In this document: in pieces, positions 38,398-51,499 of the stretch
How the letters are laid out: each line of letters starts with the position of its first letter
Position numbering within the stretch: the stretch's first letter is position 1
Notes under the pieces: generated by a model
What the model saw: the letters and a program-made list of their open reading frames with translations, nothing else
The model's database searches: none
Told to the model about the DNA's origin: nothing
Program-made: the position numbers and the translations under genes
From: Camelus ferus
Lineage: Eukaryota
Assembly (NCBI RefSeq): GCF_009834535.1
Contig: NC_045696.1
Location: 93,870,001 to 93,934,000, forward strand
Reading direction: 5' to 3'
Length of the DNA: 64,000 nt

Positions 38398-41300
38398 GTC
38401 CACGGAGATTACCGAAATGTTACGCCACGTTTCCCTCAATGCTTCCCAGTGGAAGGAGAAGGCAGCTTCACATACAGAGCCCTTCGCCCCATCTGTTTTT
38501 CATAGCTTGGATGTTCATTCTCAGAAAACTGTTTTCATATATTACCCTCCTATTAGAAGGGTATTCACATCTTTACTTCCTCCAGCCAATCCTTCCCACA
38601 TTAAAAAAAAAAAAAAGACTGGCAATGTGTACAGCCACATTTTTTCATCCCATCCCCAAAAGGCTTTTACCATATCCAGGCCCTAATGTAAGTCAGACTT
38701 CCGAGCCTAAAGTGGTGTTTGCAAAGCCCACCCTCTGTGAGACCAACCTGCCTGAATTCATAATGGTGTAGAGAGGATCCACTGTCTAGAAAAGGCACTG
38801 GTCGGAATAAGTAATTCTCCAGTGTGAGTGGGTGATAACAGACTCACAGCAGGCAGGACCTCAGGGCCCGGTTTTCAGATTCTTCAGTTACTCTGATCAC
38901 CAGTAGCTCCATGCTGATGGAAAAGTCACTTAGCAGCTGACATGCAGAGGGATAAAGTGATCTGCGTAAGGATGAGATTAGGAGGATTCCTTGCTCTAGT
39001 CTCAGGGAAGAGAAATATGATCAATAAAAACTAGTCTTCGAAGTTGTGGATACGTTCATGCCAAGAAATTCTGCAATAAAACAGGCAAAGGCAAGCCAAA
39101 GTTTCTCCAGTTTGAAATCTAAGTTTCTAAATAGAGGGATCTTCAGAGTCCAGAAGAACACATTTCATTCAACAGTAGGCAGAGGAAGAGTGTTCTGAAA
39201 CTAAGGAACTATACCCTCTCCTCCCTCTCTAAGTCAGAAAGGATACTTCATGAGCAAAAGCAGAAGATCATTTAGTGTACCTCAGAAATATTAATAAAGT
39301 GATATTCTGATCTCTACTCATAAATTGGTAAAATGATATTCTGATATTCTAAATTAATAAAATTAAATTCTGATCACAAAAGCTGCTTTGGGGAAGCAAA
39401 TTGGACATCGGCCAGGAAGGCTAAAAAAGAAAAAGGGATAAAGGGATAAGCAAAGTTTCAAATGAGAAGGCACTGCAGTACAGAGATCCCCGAGGACGGT
39501 TACAAACGAGGTAAACCAAGCGCTTAGCCCGTATTTTACATGTTTTAAAATCCGCAAAATAGGAATTTTCAAATGACTATCAGATGCTCCAAAATTTAAA
39601 AATAAGGTAGCAAAATCTATCACGTAAGTTTTGGAAAAACCTTTCTCCTAAAGATTTTTAACTTAATGCAACTTAGTGACCCCCAAGAACATGACTTCAT
39701 GGTTTAATGATTTCCGATCTCTTTTCAACAGAATAGATTCAAGTAAAATTTCAACTTGTGAGAATGGCTATCAACAATGTCCTGGAAAACATCTTTTTCC
39801 TGGTAGATTTTTCAAAGATCTCTACATGCGTACACAAACGCACACCTAAATACGTATCTAACTGTGTCGTGCATCAAATACACACACCATGGAAGAGAAG
39901 TAGGAGTTACAGGCAGGACGACTTAAGCAGATAAACACAAACACGGCTATTGTGCCCTGTTCTGGTTGTTCGTATCACTTCTCTGCTAGAAAAGAAATTC
40001 CAATGAACTCCCGATACAGAAACAGTTTTCTTGCTACAAAGGGACTTTTGTTTAAATCCCCCACAAGTGACAAGGTCAATCTTAGCCAATCTTGACATTT
40101 CTATGGAACCTTTCCACCAAATTTTTTTCCATGTTCAAATCATTTCCTGAAACCTATTTGAAATCCAAAGAAAACACTGTATAGATAGAGTATCGGTTAA
40201 ATTCTTTAACAAATACCATTCGTGACACACATTTTCCTCAAGATATTTTTCTATAAATATACTTGTAAAATCTAAAATCACAAGGCTTGTACGATTTAAT
40301 CCACATCTTTAAAAAAAGTTAGACTCAGAGTATGGTAATAACATACTGAATTAATATTTAAAACAGTATTCGCCTGTCTTCTTAGCATAACAGAAAGTGA
40401 CTTCAGAATTTTTTAATAAAATCATATTTTCACAGCTTTTACACAAAGTTGACATTTAAAAAAATTAAAACATTTTTTTGCTGTGAGGTTTCTCAGTATT
40501 TACATTACCAACTAAGGGATAAAGACTTCTTTCACTTTTTAAGTCCTAAGAAAGACTTGCAAACTCATTTTCTACGAAAGTTTATTTTAGAAACATGAGG
40601 TTTTTCAAAGAAGCAGATCATAATCAGAATTCAGTCAGATTTCTGAATTTTTTCTCTTCCTTAAATCACTGTCAAAGTAGTTTGAGTTTACTATACGCAA
40701 CTTGGGTATCTTTCTTAATTTCATTGTACTGTTGCATGTGAGGACGTCTGATGACATAGGAACTATAGGGCACTTTTATAATCACTTGGCTTATTTCTAG
40801 AGAATATTGCAATACTTCAACCATGGAGACACATTCAGAGACTGCTTACGATAAAGCTACTGGGAAACATCCCTCAGTTAGGGACTCATGTCCGAGGGGA
40901 AACAACAAGACAATGATGCCTATGATGTGCCAAGGAGCCGTGTAGAAAACAAGCTATTCTTTGCTTTAAGGTCTCCACATTCTAAGGGGTCAAAGGCATC
41001 CAAATATTAGATAAAAGTCTAATCACTCTCTATGACTAGCTCCACAGGGGATGGACACCAAAAAGAGCAAATCCTAATACTTTCCCAGGTAAGCAATCCT
41101 TAGCAGAAGCCTAAATGGAAATTTAGTTCTTTAGACTGAAAACTTAACTGCACTTAAAATATGTGTATTTTGGAAAAAGTGGTCTGGGGGAATGCATTCT
41201 GAAGAATCAAAAACCTCACCTCACTAGTTTCAATTCCCTTTAAGTGAATGATCTTAAATTCACATAATTAATTGGGATCTCAGTCTCTTCACCTGCAAAA

Positions 41301-42256
41301 AGGAAATGATGGTACATTACAACATTACAGGATACTGTAAAGGATGAAATCATGAGATAAGAAAAGTGTTGAAAAAACAAAAAATTGATGCCCAGTGTGA
41401 AAGATTAATGCATAGTGATTAGAGGCAATATACCACAATAAACAAACAATCAGAAAGCTTTAAAAAGCTTGCTTTTGAAACTTAATTCATCAGCCATCTT
41501 CCTTGGGCTTAAATCAAGCGCTAGATTTAACTTGGCTAAATTACAAAGTTTACATTATAATCTTTTCCATCAGCCAGAAAAACTGTGTGGTCCTGCATTT
41601 GTTTAACTTATAACTGGCAGAGTCAAAAAGCCATGTAATGGTTCAAAATCCACAGCTGTAAATGCAGTGCAAATGAAACACTGCAACTAAACCCCAGTCG
41701 TCGTTTCTTTTCTCACAAAGTTCTACCCTAGTTTAAGAATGGTAACAGCTAATGACTAAGCTTGGTAACACTTGCGTCTGTCCCAACCAGGACTATTATT
41801 CAACTTAAAAAATTTCCATGTGGCAACTCAGAATGGAGCTTGCAAAAGCAATGTAAGAAGGCAAAAAAGCACGTAATAGACCAAATGTCTGCAAAAAAAA
41901 CAAAAACAAAAACCAGGAAAACGACCTAATTGGCAGATGGAGCATGTCAGGACCTGCTCTGAAGCCCTGGTCCCAAGCAGTTACCACTCACAAGCAAATA
42001 CTAGGCTGGGAGGAAGCAAACAGCTCAGGTTTGAGTCCTAAGTCCCGACTAAAATGCTTTATGATTAGGGAAGAATCCATTGATTTTGACTTCACTCAAT
42101 GTCAAAATAAAGATGATCACTACAATTTTGTAAAACTTGCCACAATTATCTTTAAATACAAACTCATGCAAACCGTTGTGCGAGAGTCTATATAAAACAA
42201 AACCTGATCTTTAACCTAGTCCTAGACCGGCAGAGGCTCACATAAAGAGGACATAT

Positions 42257-42542
42257 GAAACAGAGACAGACTCACAGACAGAAAATAAAATCATGGGTTA
42301 CCGGGGGGGGGGAACGGGGGTGGGAAGGTATAAATTGGGAATTCAAGATTTGCAGATACTAACTACTATATATAATACAGATAAACAACAAGGTCCTACT
42401 GTACAGCACAGGGAACTATATTCAATTCAGGGAACTCGTAATAGCCTCTAATGAAAAAGAATGTGAAAGGAATAAAACGAATCACTATGCGGTACACCAG
42501 AAATTAACACAACACTGTAAATCAACTATACATCAATAAAAA
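42257..42542 (+). mobile_element. Younger L1 3' UTR fragment with TSD
   Basis: gaaacagagacagactcacagacagaaaataaaatcatgggttacc plus G-rich tract...aatcaactatacatcaataaaa. TSD AAAGAGGACATAT (42244-42256) / AAAGAGGATATAT (42543-42555). Confidence 0.9.
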
Positions 42543-42639
42543 AAAGAGGATATATATATACATACAGAAGTCAATAACTACAAAATCCAGCGATATTTCA
42601 GAATATCTGACTTAGATGAAAGTAACAATAAAAAAAAAT

Positions 42640-42800
42640 CATTGCTATTTGAGAGCTTACCAAGTGTGGTGCTAATTAATTTACATGTATTATCTCATTT
42701 AATTCTATATCAGCCCTTTGGGAGTTAAATAATACTATCATCCCCATTAAACAGAGGGAGAAACTGAAGATTTAGAGGTAATAAGTACTTGCCTAACATA
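42640..42800 (-). mobile_element. MIR fragment
   Basis: ttacatgtattatctcatttaatt...atccccattaaacagagggagaaactgaag...aagtacttgcctaa. Confidence 0.8.
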
Positions 42801-43886
42801 TTACTGAAATGGATACATTTTTTTAAAGTTTGAAGCATTACATGTTTGTGCTGTACTCCTACAAAACTTAATATTGATAATAATAATGTATTTGAATACA
42901 AATACCATTGATGAAAATCATAAAATGTTATTTAACTCAAACTAATGTCAATCACCATTGGACAAAAACAGGGTGAAGGTTACCCATGCACCTGGTTACC
43001 AGTGCTCCAAAAGGAGAGGGAGCCAGAGGCTTCAGGTGGCAACTGTCCCTCTAGCCTTGTTTCCTGTACCATAGTCCCGCCCTCACTTGGGGCTGTATAC
43101 TGTTATTATACAACGTCATCTGTTCTGCTCTGCTCCTGGGGTGAAATGGGGTATCATTCACCTGTGTGGAGCTGAAAAGGAGGTCTAGGCTCTGAACACT
43201 TCTCAAACAAAACTCCTATGAAAGCCCGACTTCATCAATTCCTGCACCTTCCAGAGATTCTAGGGTTTAAATCTGGTTCTTTATTGGCTTTCCTCACAGC
43301 CAGCATACAGTTAAACTTTCTCAATGGACTGAAGTATTTACTGACAGTCCATACATCTTTCAGGTCTCAAAATATTGTTGCTGTTGTCTCTTTTGTTTTT
43401 GTTTAATTTTTAAAAAATGTTTGTGCCTTTGTGCATTGGCTATCCCATCATTTTTAATGGGATTTCAGAAGGGAGTGAATGTTAAGGGTGTGTGTCTAAT
43501 CAGTCATCTGTCTTCCACTGACTTTACAAAGACTTCAGATCCCCCACTGCTCTCCCTCAGTCTTAACTAAAAGGGCTGCATCTATTCTTAAAGCATGCGT
43601 AGTCTTTTCTTTATGTCTCTACTTGAAATGATACTTAAATAACTAGTTATTTCTTTCATTCTTACTTCAGACACGGGTTACAGATAAAAACTGAACAACG
43701 TGGAGGTTTTTAGGTGAATTTCAAACGAACTTCTTTGTTTAGTCATCTCAGAACAGAGAAGTGGAAGAATGTCATAAAAGTAGCTTCTCAATGTCACTGT
43801 CTTTCAAACGTCAGTTGAAGAAATTTGGTTTTAAAAAGAATAAAGTTTCTTTGTTACATTAAGTGAAACAGGGCAATTGCTTTAGT

Positions 43887-43920
43887 TACCAAATAAACTT
43901 GGTACCAAATAAACTTGGTA
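43887..43920. repeat. Perfect 16-bp tandem duplication (TACCAAATAAACTTGG)x2 plus TA
   Basis: Read directly. Confidence 0.9.
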
Positions 43921-45729
43921 AACTTATACTGGATACTATGTAAGCAAAGAACATTTGCTAATGTAAAACAATGGCAAAAGCCATTACTTTAGGGCAAAAA
44001 TTAAACAGGTTCTACAACATAAGGCGTTCCATACTCTGTAGCCTGGTTAAATTCAGTGTTTTTCTTTTAAAATTTAGCTTTAAGATTTAGTCAGGAAAGA
44101 TGAAATGCTAATATGTATACTACCAAACTTTTGAAAGTTTACTGTCAATGAATTAAAGTTAAAAAATTTAATTACCAAAGAGAGAAAACATTTTACAGTG
44201 CAGATACACTATGCCCTTATTTGAATAAAATGTCATTTTTTTTGGCAATATGAAGTTATTTTATAAAATAATATTCAAATGGTATCCAGTGTTCCATGAT
44301 ATTTCTATTTTAATATAATCTGATTAAAATTTGGGAAAGGAATCTTCTGAAGAAGCAAATTCTGGGTAAGTCCCATTTTGTCTGTTTACTATTACTGTAA
44401 TTTACTCTTCCACACAAAGCAGAAACTGGAGAATTTGGTATTAGCTGCTCATTATATGTTGGGAACAAATTCAGTTCCTCAGGATACAAAAGCACATTGA
44501 TAGATATTTTTATTTTCCTCTGCAGAAATTGAAGACAGCATAGTTTTAGCTTTAAATTACTTACCAAAGAAATACCGATGTTTTAACTTCGTAATGGGAA
44601 AAAGAAAAACAAGCATCTTGCAAAGTTCTTTTAGCAGCATATTTTTATACAAACAGTATACTCTATTATTGAAAAAAATGCAAATGAAATATTGTTAATG
44701 TAATCTAGATATTTAGAATGAAAACTCAGAATTAAGAGTAAAAACATATCGTTTTATAAAACATCAAAACAGAGGATCATCTAGTTTTCATTTTGTCGAA
44801 AACTTTTTAACACAAAACACCTCACTTAGACCTTGGTGTTTCTAAACACAGAAGTAGGGTTAATATTCGGTCTTATACAAAAAGCAATTTCCTTTCCTGT
44901 TATCAGTCTTTCGCCATCAGTGTATCTTAAATTTAAAAACAAGTGGAATTGAGATCATATTCTGTTGCAAATTAATGCAAATTAATCTTACTTGTAGGTC
45001 TTCTATTAATATGGCAATTGTCTATAAATTATTCCAAATGAACACAGACATGTGGAGGCAGAACAGAAAAAAGAATAATCAGAGCATACATACAAATATG
45101 CAAAGATATACTATGTGTGGGGTTTGGTTATGAATGAAGCCTATTCATTTCTAAACAAAAGAAATACTCCCTTTTTTCATGGGTGATTAGGTTTTTAGGA
45201 CATCTTTGGACCTTAAAAGACAGGGAGACCATGAATCCAGGGAGATTTCATGCATCTGAGTCAGAGGGAAATTAACGCAATTAAAGGCAAAAGGAAGTAG
45301 GTCCAGAGCTGAGAGGTCAAAGCTCTGCCCTTACTGACCAAAGGCAGACTGGTACTGCCTGTACTTACAGGATTTATCTCTAATCATCTCAAGAAAAAGA
45401 AAAGAGCAGCACTCTTTGTAGGAGGGGACAAATACAAGACCAGCAGGGTTCCAGCTGCCTCCCCACATATGCCTGTAAGGAGGATTACAAAGCAAACAGT
45501 TGCCTGGCCCCTGGCACCAACTGAGAAGGTGACCGGAAAGATACTATCTTTAAAGAAGGGGGCAAACCCTCCGCAGCCCAGGGCTTGAGAAAGGGTCTAT
45601 GCAGTTCTCCTGTTGGCTTCAAAGTTATCCCAACTCCCAGGCTCCTTCAATGTTTCTGTGCCAAAATTCTGACCTTGGTTTTGCTTTTCTTTTTATTCTA
45701 TCCATGCATCTCCAGGAGGGCACAACTAG

Positions 45730-45912
45730 CACTCAGGCGGAACGATTCATGCTTATCTGGGGCAGTCCTACCAATTGTAGATGTCTGGCACCTCTGGCCC
45801 CCACCTACCAATGCCAGTACAGTCCCCAGGTGACGGGGGCAACCAAAAACACACTTCCAGTGCCCCAGGAGGCAAACACAATCACCAGCATCGCCACTTG
45901 AAAATCACAGCT
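45730..45912 (-). mobile_element. MER20/MER20B-like MITE
   Basis: ggggcagtcctaccaattgtagatgtctggcacctctggcccccacctaccaatgccagtac...gacgggggcaaccaaaaacac. Confidence 0.65.
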
Positions 45913-46059
45913 ACAAGCTCCAGTATCTCATTCAAACCCACGGCGTCGAGAACCTATATGACACAAATCAATGTCAAATCAAGATTTTTCTGGCATTCTA
46001 CTTTGTTTTTCTCCTTTCAACTAGAAACCTTCCCCTTACACACATCACAGTTATTTCAA

Positions 46060-46710
46060 CTTGCCCCAAATTGAATTCCTCATCTTTCTCACTAAGCCCA
46101 GCCTGCTTGTCTTACACCCTGGCTGACACAACCACCATCCACGGTCAACCAGGCAGAAACCTGGGAGGCAAACAAAACTCCTCCCTCTCTCTCTCACCAA
46201 GTTCTTAGGATTATATGTTCTAAATACCCCTCAAGTCCTTCATCTTAGGACTCCTATCAGATTCCCATCTTCTCTGGCTGTGTTACTGCAATGGCCCCAA
46301 ACATTTCACAATCTTCACCCCAAAAATGCAAATACCACTTCTGTCATCTCCCAGGGCACCATGTCGGTTCCCAACTTAATTGCTCACTGTGTCCATCCAG
46401 CCTTCAGGAAACAATAAAAAACCCTCCGCAGGCACACAAAGGCCTTCACCATCTGCTCTCATCTTGGCCTGTGATTCTCACCAAGGGTCCAAAGCCCATA
46501 ATCTCCAGCACCACCCAAACCAGCCCACCTGGGGACAGGACACTCCTCTAGGATGCCTCTGCACACACACTGTGGAGGTTCCACCAGCCACCAACAGCCC
46601 CTAAGGACCAAGAGCCTCAGGGCAGATGCCGCCAGCTAAAAGGCTCTAGAACCCAGGCATCTGGCAGAACAGGAGGTTGCACAAGTGCTGACTGAAATGA
46701 ATGATTCTTT
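46060..46710 (+). mobile_element. L2 fragment
   Basis: ccaccatccacggtcaaccaggcagaaacctgggag...atctggcagaacagg...tgctgactgaaatgaatga. Confidence 0.65.
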
Positions 46711-48706
46711 ATAAAGCAGAAAAGAATTTAGTAGGAACATCCACTGATAAATGCACACACCCAGAATCAGAATGCTCTTGTCCCTGCCTGGCTGTCTTCA
46801 CACAATGTCATCTTACCCAGAAGGGCTTCGTGGTATCATTTACTGGCAAACAATGAAGAACCTGGAGCACTGTAAAGGGGACCAGACATCACATTGTTAA
46901 GCTGAACCTTGAGTATACTGTGACCTCAGCCTCCACTAAACATCCCATCACCTATAGCTACAACTTTTCATCAGGTAAAAGTAAAACCATGAAGATGGTC
47001 TTGCTTATGCCACACTTAACAATGCCACGTTTTTTCAGTAATTCATTTAGACGATGATCATTTGCTTTAGTCAGGAAAAAAATTAACATTTTACATTTTC
47101 TTAAGGCTGGAAACCCTTTCATGGGCAGCACATTAAGGAGTTATCTATCACTTAAGAGTCACTGTGGGACACCACACACCGGAAGATCGACAAGCAGGTA
47201 CTACATAATGAACTAGGTTTTGTAAATCTGAGCACTTCGAATTTTAAAAAGGCTGTATCTGAAATGACTGTTTCAAATTTAATCAAACTTTTGTAATGTA
47301 AGTGATTAGGATGCAGACGTAGGATTATCATGTAGAAGCTGAACATTCTTAGTTGAAACATGTTACAACAGAGACCAAATATTACACAGGCACTTATCCA
47401 AAATAAAACAGTGCATTTCAAATAAAAATGAAACAAAAATGTAAATAATAAGGATATTTCTTGATCACTGAATGAAGGCTGAGAAGTTCCTGAGTTTTGT
47501 TTTAAAAATGAAATGTCCAAAAGAGCCTTTTATTATAAGTTACTACAGAAAACATTTCAATAAAATCAGAAGAGATTTAAATTTTGTAACTGATTGAAAT
47601 TAAAATCATAAAATTTTCATCTGTAATTAACAAAATGACTTATTTCAGGGTTAACCAATTATGGAATGTTTTTATCCCTGTTTTCTAGATAAGAAGTGAG
47701 TTGGCATGGTTTAGCAACTTTCTCAAGGTTAAGAAAGTACAGGAAAAGGAAGCGATTGCTGGGGCCGGGGCTCCCTGTGAAGCACGCTGATACACAAGCA
47801 GCACCACAGAAGCCCAAAGGCGCTTAGGACCCAAAACAGCCTCTGTTCAAGCCCTGCTGTTACTCAACCACCAGAATTTACTGACAGCTCCTCTGGAGTC
47901 ATTTACACACTGTGAGAAGCTGGCGGATGGCCACTCGGTTCCAAGAGTAATTCCGTAGAGGAATAAAAACACGCCACTGTGGTTTTCAGAAAACATCTCC
48001 TAATTAAAATCTTGACTTACATTTTACAGTTATCACAACAGTAATCATTCTTTATAGTGATGTATCTAATATGGAGCTTTATTTTTGGAGATAAACTGAA
48101 GTAAAAGTTAAAATGAGAAAGACTCATTTTGAAATCTGAATACCTTTTGAACAGGGACATACCATCTAAGGCTCTTGTTCTGCCTTCTTCACTAAAGGGA
48201 GAAAGGAGATTTTTCCATCCCTCTTACCTGAATGGGCAAGACTGGTACCAAAAAAAAAAAAAAAAAAAAAAGGCTGAACACAAGCGATAGCCCAGGTTCT
48301 GAAAGAGGACCTCAAGCTGCAGTGCCTGTCATCACCCGGACACTACTCAGCCCTGTTCTCTGAGGCCCAGCGGGTCCTCTGAACAGGTTTTTTAAAGTAT
48401 CCATGTCAGTAACAAGATGACCAAGATCTTTTCCTGTGGCAGAACCTGGCTTCTGAAGTTGTGCCACTACCATAAGGTACCTGGAGGGCTCACCGCAGGG
48501 GAAGGGAGATGACCACGAATTCTCTCTCTCTGAAGAGGCCCCAACTCACAAGCTAATCTGTTCAGCACGGGTGTTCAGTCAAAAGGAAAAGGTGCCTGTG
48601 CACCGCGATGGTATCAGGGACACAAACGTGCTATCATCCCTGTCTACTCAGCTCTGCCCTCAAGTGACAAACGAGCAATGCCCTGATTCACAGGAAGTAC
48701 TCACCC

Positions 48707-48862
48707 CAGGGACAGATCCACTTTTGTGGACACTGAAGCCTGTACAATTTGTAGGCCCTCTAAGAAAAAAGGAGGCAGAAAAACAAACATTCGAAAGGTG
48801 CCCTTGCAAGTAAGAAGCTTTGAAGCTTAAGCTTCATTAGTTGTACAGTAAACCCACCTTGG
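48707..48862. mobile_element. hAT-Tip100-like MITE
   Basis: cagggacagatccacttttgtggacactgaagcctgtacaattt...tgaagcttaagcttcattag...gtaaacccacc. Contains the perfect palindrome TGAAGCTTAAGCTTCA (48821-48836). Confidence 0.6.
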
Positions 48863-49547
48863 ACCCAACCATATAAAACTGCCAATATTCAAGTCGTTCT
48901 GACCTACCAAACAAGCAACTGGGATGGCTCAGCTCAGTACCCTGCCGGCACATGGCTCCAGTCCTGGCTGTGTAGTTCACTCTGAGGAGGTAAGAGCTCG
49001 CCAGCCATGTACACACTGAGCTCCCTGCACTCATTAAAAATAATAGTGAAAACTTCTCTAATAGTGCTTATGGAAAGTAAAATAGGGAAAACCTATAGAA
49101 ACTGTTAGGGTCACTATGACTGCGTTTTATAAATAGTATTTACATATCTTAACAAGGATGAGGCTATGAAAATGTAAACAGAAATAATTTTTGGTTTTGA
49201 ATGATATGATTGTCAGTTACTTTTTCCCCTTCCAACTAAGTGTTGGTATATTACTGGCATAATTAAAAAGGAAAAACAAAAGGGAACAAGGCGAAGCGGA
49301 GGGAAAAGAAGGAATAAAGAGACCTTAGATGGAAACGTCTGTGTCACAACGAATCACACATTTTGTCTCCGCCGATATGTCAACAACCTGACACAGATCT
49401 TAAAACGTATTTCAAGAAATAAAGAACAAAGCCAACTGAACAAATGAGAGACTTCATACCTCTAAATGTCTTCCTTTTGAGATAACACAGATGTTTGTCA
49501 GTAAGTCATGTCTTGGCACGACCAATGGCAAACAAAAGTGAACTTAC

Positions 49548-49708
49548 TTTTTGCTTGCCTCACAGACATCTGTAATATTGGAGAAAAGATGGTGACTCTC
49601 TGTCTTGGTCATTGTATCACTCAGTTCTTTAGAATTTTTAAACATTCGTATCAAGATCTCCAAGCTCAGTAAATATGAATGTTCAGAGGATATGACTTCA
49701 AAGATAGC
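49548..49708 (-). CDS. ARHGEF26: ARHGEF26 coding exon (161 nt, phase 0-2), DH domain N-terminal helices
   Basis: Acceptor cttccttctcaccag|GCT, donor AA|gtaagt. Encodes [53 protein letters not shown](K), with the DH motifs SEHSY and LFSNI. Confidence 0.97.
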
Positions 49709-51499
49709 CTGGTGAGAAGGAAGAAGAAAGGTGTTATTAATTCTTTTAATTAAAGAACTAAATATAGCTCTCATAATTCTGCTATAAGAATGATGTATCT
49801 TTAAAAATACAAAAAAGAAAAGTATAAAAAAAAAAAAAAACCACACACACACACCACCAAACTACTGTCTTTATATAAGGCACGTATACCCAAATCTCAA
49901 GAAACAGAGTCACTGCCTGGAGTGTAAATAGGAAACAAATGAGAAGATTTGGATGACTTGAGATTGCATCCTGAGGTCACGCTTTGCCAGGGGGTGTAAT
50001 TAATAGAGGAAGCCAGGGTATGTCATAAAACTTCAGTGTGACATTAACTAACCTTTGGGGTCACCTCCCCCAGCCCTGATTTCAAAGCATGCTACTCTGG
50101 GACAGCGAAAATTTATGGACATCACTTGAGATTCAGAGAAAAATTCTCACAAATACGTTTCTTTGCTCCCCTGTGGGCCTTTTCTCTATTTTTTATAATC
50201 TGACTAACTTGCAGTCAATAAGAGCAAATATTCTAAATGTATTAAAAGAGCCTAACTGTACCTCCCCTCAAAAGGTTCTTATCAGCCACAGGAATTCTTT
50301 TACATAAATTCATACAATTGAAAGTAATTCTGTCCATTCCACAAGCCACCCTCTCTGCTCTCATCAGTGTCTCAAGTAGGAGCGAAGGACCCTGGGCAGA
50401 AACTCTTGGTGTCAGGCACACAGTGGTTTACCTGATAAGTGTTCATGAATGATGAAAAACCAACCCACATATGTGGAGAGACACCAACGCCCCGTGTGAG
50501 AAATTCATCTAGCTCGTTAACAAAATCAGATTCTCCAAGAATGGCAAGGCAGGGGGAATTCCTCCTCAGGGAAGGGTGGTGAACATCCTCGCAGGTCTGA
50601 GATTCCCAGCCTTCCTGGAGACCTCCCTAGTAATACTGCCATCATCACCGTGGCTTCCTGGGCTCCTCCCCTCAGCGCCTGGCCCCAGGGGCACAGGAGA
50701 CTCTTCCCGTAAGTCTCCGTGCTCCAGCTGAGCCTGGGTGGGAGCAGGCAGGCTCAGGCAGGTGGATGCCCTGCTGCTGCCAGGTGGGCCATATTTTGCA
50801 AGTCAGGTCAGTGGGGCTAGTCTCAGTGCTCACCTCCCTTTTTAGCATCCATAAGCTTCTACAGAAGTCTTAATGAAATGGATCCTTCTAACCTCTGTGG
50901 TACTCCAGGGACTTGAGTGATATAACCATCTACTGAGTAAAGAGTAAGAACATTGTGTCTCAGTTAACCCGTGTATCTTGTGTAATTCTATTCAACCAAT
51001 ACAATTATCCCCAGGAAATGTAATGCAAACTAAAGAAAATTCACCCTTCCTGACCAAAAATAATGGATTCAAGTTGCTGATGGATATGGTCCTTTGTAAT
51101 GACTGAAGATGTTTTCAAAATCAAAGGCTTTTGTAACCAAATCCAAATTGCAAAGATTCGAAAAAATGTGATGAACTATATAGACTAGATTACAGGAAAA
51201 TATGAAATTGGGCCAATTTAATACAATAAATGTAATGTAATAATTGTTAATATAATAAGCATAATGTAGTAACTGTTAAAACATCTTGCAATAGAGCCAT
51301 CAACTACTTACAAGTAAATCAGTTTAGATCTGCTAAAACAGCTATATAAGAATAGAAAGGAATCAGAGTTAGATTTGCTGCTGTCATTACCTTTCTATAT
51401 GACAAATCTGAATAAAAATTTTCAAAATATAAAGGAAATAGAGTAAGTCCAAATGGAAAAGGTCTGAAAGAATAGAAATGTTCAAATGGGACTAGGAAC

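Larger units (their letters stand above)
13391..49547 (-). other. ARHGEF26: 36.2-kb GT-AG intron of ARHGEF26
   Basis: Bounded by donor gtaagt at 49547 and acceptor ttttcag at 13391. The flanking exons join in frame with no missing DH sequence. Confidence 0.9.

Noticed and set aside
47152..47520. 122-aa minus-strand ORF
   Set aside because: AT-rich, F/L/S-biased, non-ATG start and no recognisable homology. The DH coding sequence is already contiguous without it.
49109..49121. Near-consensus estrogen response element GGTCActaTGACT
   Set aside because: A single one-mismatch site is plausible by chance in 64 kb and has no supporting context.
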